64,000 nt of DNA from Kiritimatiellia bacterium (lineage in GTDB: Bacteria > Verrucomicrobiota > Kiritimatiellia > JAAZAB01), in NCBI GenBank assembly GCA_040767085.1, contig JAXGPF010000003.1, positions 256,001 through 320,000 of the forward strand. Direction: 5' to 3'. Numbering within the stretch: position 1 is the first letter of the stretch; every line of letters starts with the position of its first letter. The position numbers were made by a program, and so were the translations under genes. The notes below the pieces were generated by a model. It made no database searches. It had not been told where the DNA came from and saw nothing but the letters and a program-made list of their open reading frames with translations. Below are positions 61,701 to 64,000 of this stretch, piece by piece.

Positions 61701-61817
61701 TTCATTAAAACGCCAGTGTCCCACGATGGCGTCCGAAGTCCAGGCGTTTCCCGTCAGGCCGGCGACCGCAAGCAAAGTTATGACGGTCGAAATGCACCTT
61801 TGAGAATCACGATTCAT
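58791..61817 (-). CDS. secreted protein with three LamG/ConA-like domains and a C-terminal right-handed beta-helix
   Basis: GHWRFNEG, W.HV.ATYDG, YVNG, F.G.ID.VR.YDRAL repeats, then GGGAGY and IHHNYIHH..GYGYGV..EANIFDYNRHSIA. Confidence 0.85.
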   Translation of the reverse strand: MNRDSQRCISTVITLLAVAGLTGNAWTSDAIVGHWRFNEGLGTNTADESGYGHNGLLCNMLPATNWVPGIGKTALRFNGPGSSNYVDCGNAGILNLRDNNAFTIACWIRPNSLTNDQAVLGKYLSGGYTTAPYQWKFWAAGQMGMYIGGGGTNWGVIYIPATNFVVGEWRHVVATYDGHMLRGYVNGQEKMSKSYSITLVSNAVSLNIGRLSFGGAYFNGDIDNVIMCNYALWPGDIYALYEGNVGCWQMKEGIGTTTADDSAFTNHATLVNMDASAWIDGRLTPDGYFRSALHFGGPGASNYLDCGNDSILNLNGENAFTISCWIRPNSLTNNNQAVLGKYLSGGYTTAPYQWKYWADGRMGMYIGGGGTNWGVIYIPATNFVVGEWRHVAATYDGHVLRGYVNGQEKLSKSYSMTLVSNAVSLNIGRLSYGGAYFNGDIGNVRLYDRAMTPAELYRNYIGGNLCGYWSFDEGSGAVAADKSGRMRNDGVLVDMDAANSWGPGRIGAALTLDGINDHVNCGNDASLNGIYELCVSAWVKPDTRAGYHVIAAKGECEYFLATHSGKPYFAIGRADGSGWNVSIEGANVLDSNCWVYLAGTYNMTNGTGRLYVNGVLDSAVTGTAENIGANTADLMLGAYSSYSEDYFFQGALDEVRIYDRALGPDEIHQQWQNEGGEYGFGCEGNPTGNPIGGGAGYSDVVTTYTYYVNNTVDELIQGLAMATTGDVVYVNDAAALDLSGYEWIVIPGGVTLASGRGVDGSSGALLYTTVPSTCPLFKAGGANVRVTGLRLQGSYSGEAIPTNGYDISMGIRCNASELEVDNCEISAWPYTGIAVYGTNAYIHHNYIHHCLQTGYGYGVMLGGAVSESVIEANIFDYNRHSIASSGGTNSNYEACFNLVLEHCNVYCGSSSHSFDVHRWTGTDYAGGTTYIHHNTFKTPWAVNLRGIPYTGAWICNNWLYYSSAAHTIRQEDYPDGGTWGNMDVYINIFTTNRILEVETSTNVIYTTW

Positions 61818-62071
61818 GAGTTCATGTACGGCGTTAATCCTGAAAAAACTGCAGCTACGTATTTCATGACGGTATTCATAACGCCGCTCCTGATTTTGTG
61901 GCGGGTATCTCCGCCACCTGGTTTTCGTCCAACTTGGTTACCGGCCCATTGCGCTTAACCCAAGGCGGACGCAAGTCCACAACCCGCGCCTTTATAGCAC
62001 CATCCCGTGCCAGATCATCCTTCCGCAACAGCATCACATCAAACGTGCTGGAATTTTTAGCGCTTTATTCG

Positions 62072-62135
62072 TTCCAGATATGACACATTTTAGCACATGA
62101 AATATGCGCGGCGCAAAAATATGTCATATCTGAAA
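62072..62135. repeat. 20-bp-arm inverted repeat just downstream of the 62144 gene
   Basis: TTCCAGATATGACACATTTT ... AAAATATGTCATATCTGAAA (18/20). Confidence 0.65.
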
Positions 62136-62143
62136 GGAACGGA

Positions 62144-64000
62144 TCAATCATCCTGGAACTCCGTGGCGGTCGCCCCGGCCTCCATTTGCAAGCCGCTGAC
62201 CCAGATCTTGGTTCCCGCGGGCTTGTCCGGCGCGAGCCGGAACCGGAATCCCGGCTGGCCGGTGAAATCCGGGTACGGACTGGAAGGTTTCAACTCGCCG
62301 GCTACCTCAAACCTTTGCCATTCGGGCTTCAGGGTAAAGGCTCTGAAGCTGTTTTTGACAAACGGCAGGTTGACAATCAGCCGGTCGCCATCGCGCGCGC
62401 CTTTGGCGTAAAGCGAAAACACCATTTGCTGTGGTTGGCCGGCACCGGATACGGGCGGATAAAATACGCCGCTCATGCCGGTTGACAACTCAGGCTTGGT
62501 ATACACCATGCACAAGGAAGGATTGCCATTCCAGGGATTCTGATCATCCAGCCACCACGAAGAACCTTTTTGACCGCGGGCAGGATCATGGCCCGGCCCC
62601 CAATTGGGCAGGAAAAAGTCCGGTACCCCCTTGTTGAATTGCCGGCGGAAGCAAGGATTGGGAATGTGATTCTTCCCCAGCCGCGCCCGGCGGACGATCC
62701 CGGCGACATCCACGCGCGGGGCCAGCTCATTCGTCACGGCCCGCATGGAAACCGCCACGTCCACCGGCGCGGGTAGCCCGGCCGCCTCCGTTGGGCGCGG
62801 ATGGAGTTGCAACCGGTACGCCCGCACGCCGTACCCCTCGATTTTGTCGGCAAACGACTCACCATCCAAATCCATTGCACTTTGTGGCTTTGTGCATTTG
62901 TGAGAGATTTCCGCCATTTCGGCGGCGCCAAACATCCGCGCCGCCGCCTGCAATCCGCCGATCTTAAACTCCGTCTCCACGGCATGCGGAACGATATTGG
63001 CGGCCAGCAGCAGGTAGTCGCCATCGGGGTATTGAAACAAAGCGGCATTGACCATGGGAAATTTTTGCTCCGCCGGGTTAAAATTGTCCGGCGCATAACG
63101 GATTTGCTGCGCGACCTCGCCATTGAGCAGCGCGGGCGACATCTCCCGGATTTGGGCGTTAATCATACGCAGCGCGTCCCAGGCATCTTCGCCGACCACC
63201 ACGTGGAGGACGAAATACAGCAAGCCGCGCGCGCCGTAGATCATCGCGGTATAGGCCTGGCAAAGCATGTGGGCCTTATCCATGCTGATCGGCGTCCGCC
63301 CCAAGTCCAGGAAGTTGGACAATGGCACGAAAAACATGACCTTGTGGTCCTGGCGGCAACGTTCCCGCAGCTTATGCGCGTAATAGGCCGTGTACCAGCC
63401 CGGCTCGCTGAAAATCCGGCCGGTAAACGGGCGCGGGTAGATGTCGAATCCCAGCATCTGGCCCCAGCGCGTCCAGTTGTCACCATGGGGAATGTTCATG
63501 GAATAGAGCAGGAATTGCGGCCGGTATGGATCGACCTGCAGCACGGTTTCGTAATACCACTCCGCCACCTTGATCTTGATCTCGCTGTCGTTCAGGTTCG
63601 GTTCGTCCACGTTGTAATAAGCCAGGACGTTCCGGTGTTCACGCAGGACTTCGGCGACGGCGGTCAAGGTCGGCTCCAGGGTTTGGTACCATTGCCGCTG
63701 GTAGGCAATCCGCTCGCCCAGCGGCTGGGTGAGCGGCGGCCGCGAATCGCCCGGCTTGTATCCCGGCCATTTCGGCATCGGCGAATTCCATTCCACTACG
63801 CTCATCCCGTATTTATCCGCCAATTCCGCAAACCGGCCGGCGCTGGCGGCCGCAGCCTCCACGTCGCCCGGTTCCTTGCAGATATTCTCATGCGCCAGCG
63901 TGTTGAAGCCGATTACAGACAGGTGCTTGAACAGCGCTTCTTCATCGCCGGGACCGGCATCCACCGTAAACGGGAAATTGGTGTTCCAGTGCGCTACATA
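62144..64000 (-). CDS. CBM9-like/GH paralogue 4, 3' part; starts beyond the window
   Basis: YYNVDEP, HGDNWTRWG, GFDIYP, GARGLLYF, NHIPNPCF, GLQMEAG. Colinear with paralogue 3. Confidence 0.8.
   Translation of the reverse strand, partial: YVAHWNTNFPFTVDAGPGDEEALFKHLSVIGFNTLAHENICKEPGDVEAAAASAGRFAELADKYGMSVVEWNSPMPKWPGYKPGDSRPPLTQPLGERIAYQRQWYQTLEPTLTAVAEVLREHRNVLAYYNVDEPNLNDSEIKIKVAEWYYETVLQVDPYRPQFLLYSMNIPHGDNWTRWGQMLGFDIYPRPFTGRIFSEPGWYTAYYAHKLRERCRQDHKVMFFVPLSNFLDLGRTPISMDKAHMLCQAYTAMIYGARGLLYFVLHVVVGEDAWDALRMINAQIREMSPALLNGEVAQQIRYAPDNFNPAEQKFPMVNAALFQYPDGDYLLLAANIVPHAVETEFKIGGLQAAARMFGAAEMAEISHKCTKPQSAMDLDGESFADKIEGYGVRAYRLQLHPRPTEAAGLPAPVDVAVSMRAVTNELAPRVDVAGIVRRARLGKNHIPNPCFRRQFNKGVPDFFLPNWGPGHDPARGQKGSSWWLDDQNPWNGNPSLCMVYTKPELSTGMSGVFYPPVSGAGQPQQMVFSLYAKGARDGDRLIVNLPFVKNSFRAFTLKPEWQRFEVAGELKPSSPYPDFTGQPGFRFRLAPDKPAGTKIWVSGLQMEAGATATEFQDD

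Noticed and set aside
1-64000. tRNA, rRNA, prophage or integrase
   Set aside because: No recognisable signatures by eye. A covariance-model scan was not possible, so small RNAs cannot be excluded.

Overview
A GC-rich bacterial chromosomal segment. Its gene content and secreted-protein style suggest a PVC-superphylum organism such as Kiritimatiellae or Lentisphaerae (inference only). 1-17.7 kb: a GH151-like and a GH29 fucosidase, two UroD/MtaA-like proteins, a corrinoid protein, two AraC regulators, a Phd-VapC toxin-antitoxin pair, a class I aldolase (AroA'-like), a thioredoxin, bioB, exoD and a CPA2 antiporter. 17.8-33.1 kb and 44.2-64 kb: minus-strand carbohydrate loci with GH13, GH42, SGNH, GH20-like, beta-helix and LamG proteins, plus four paralogues of a large CBM9-like + TIM-barrel protein. 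36.2-44.1 kb: a housekeeping block (cysS-tmk-holB-ricT-aroQ-accB-accC-asp23-amaP-DUF1015') with a broken gene at each end. Mobile DNA: a tandem ISL3 dimer, a 404-bp ISL3-type MITE with an 8-bp target duplication, an IS1380 splitting a beta-helix gene, REP-like elements, and 7/8/9-bp short-period repeat arrays, some of which lie in frame inside coding sequences. No rRNA, tRNA or CRISPR array was seen.
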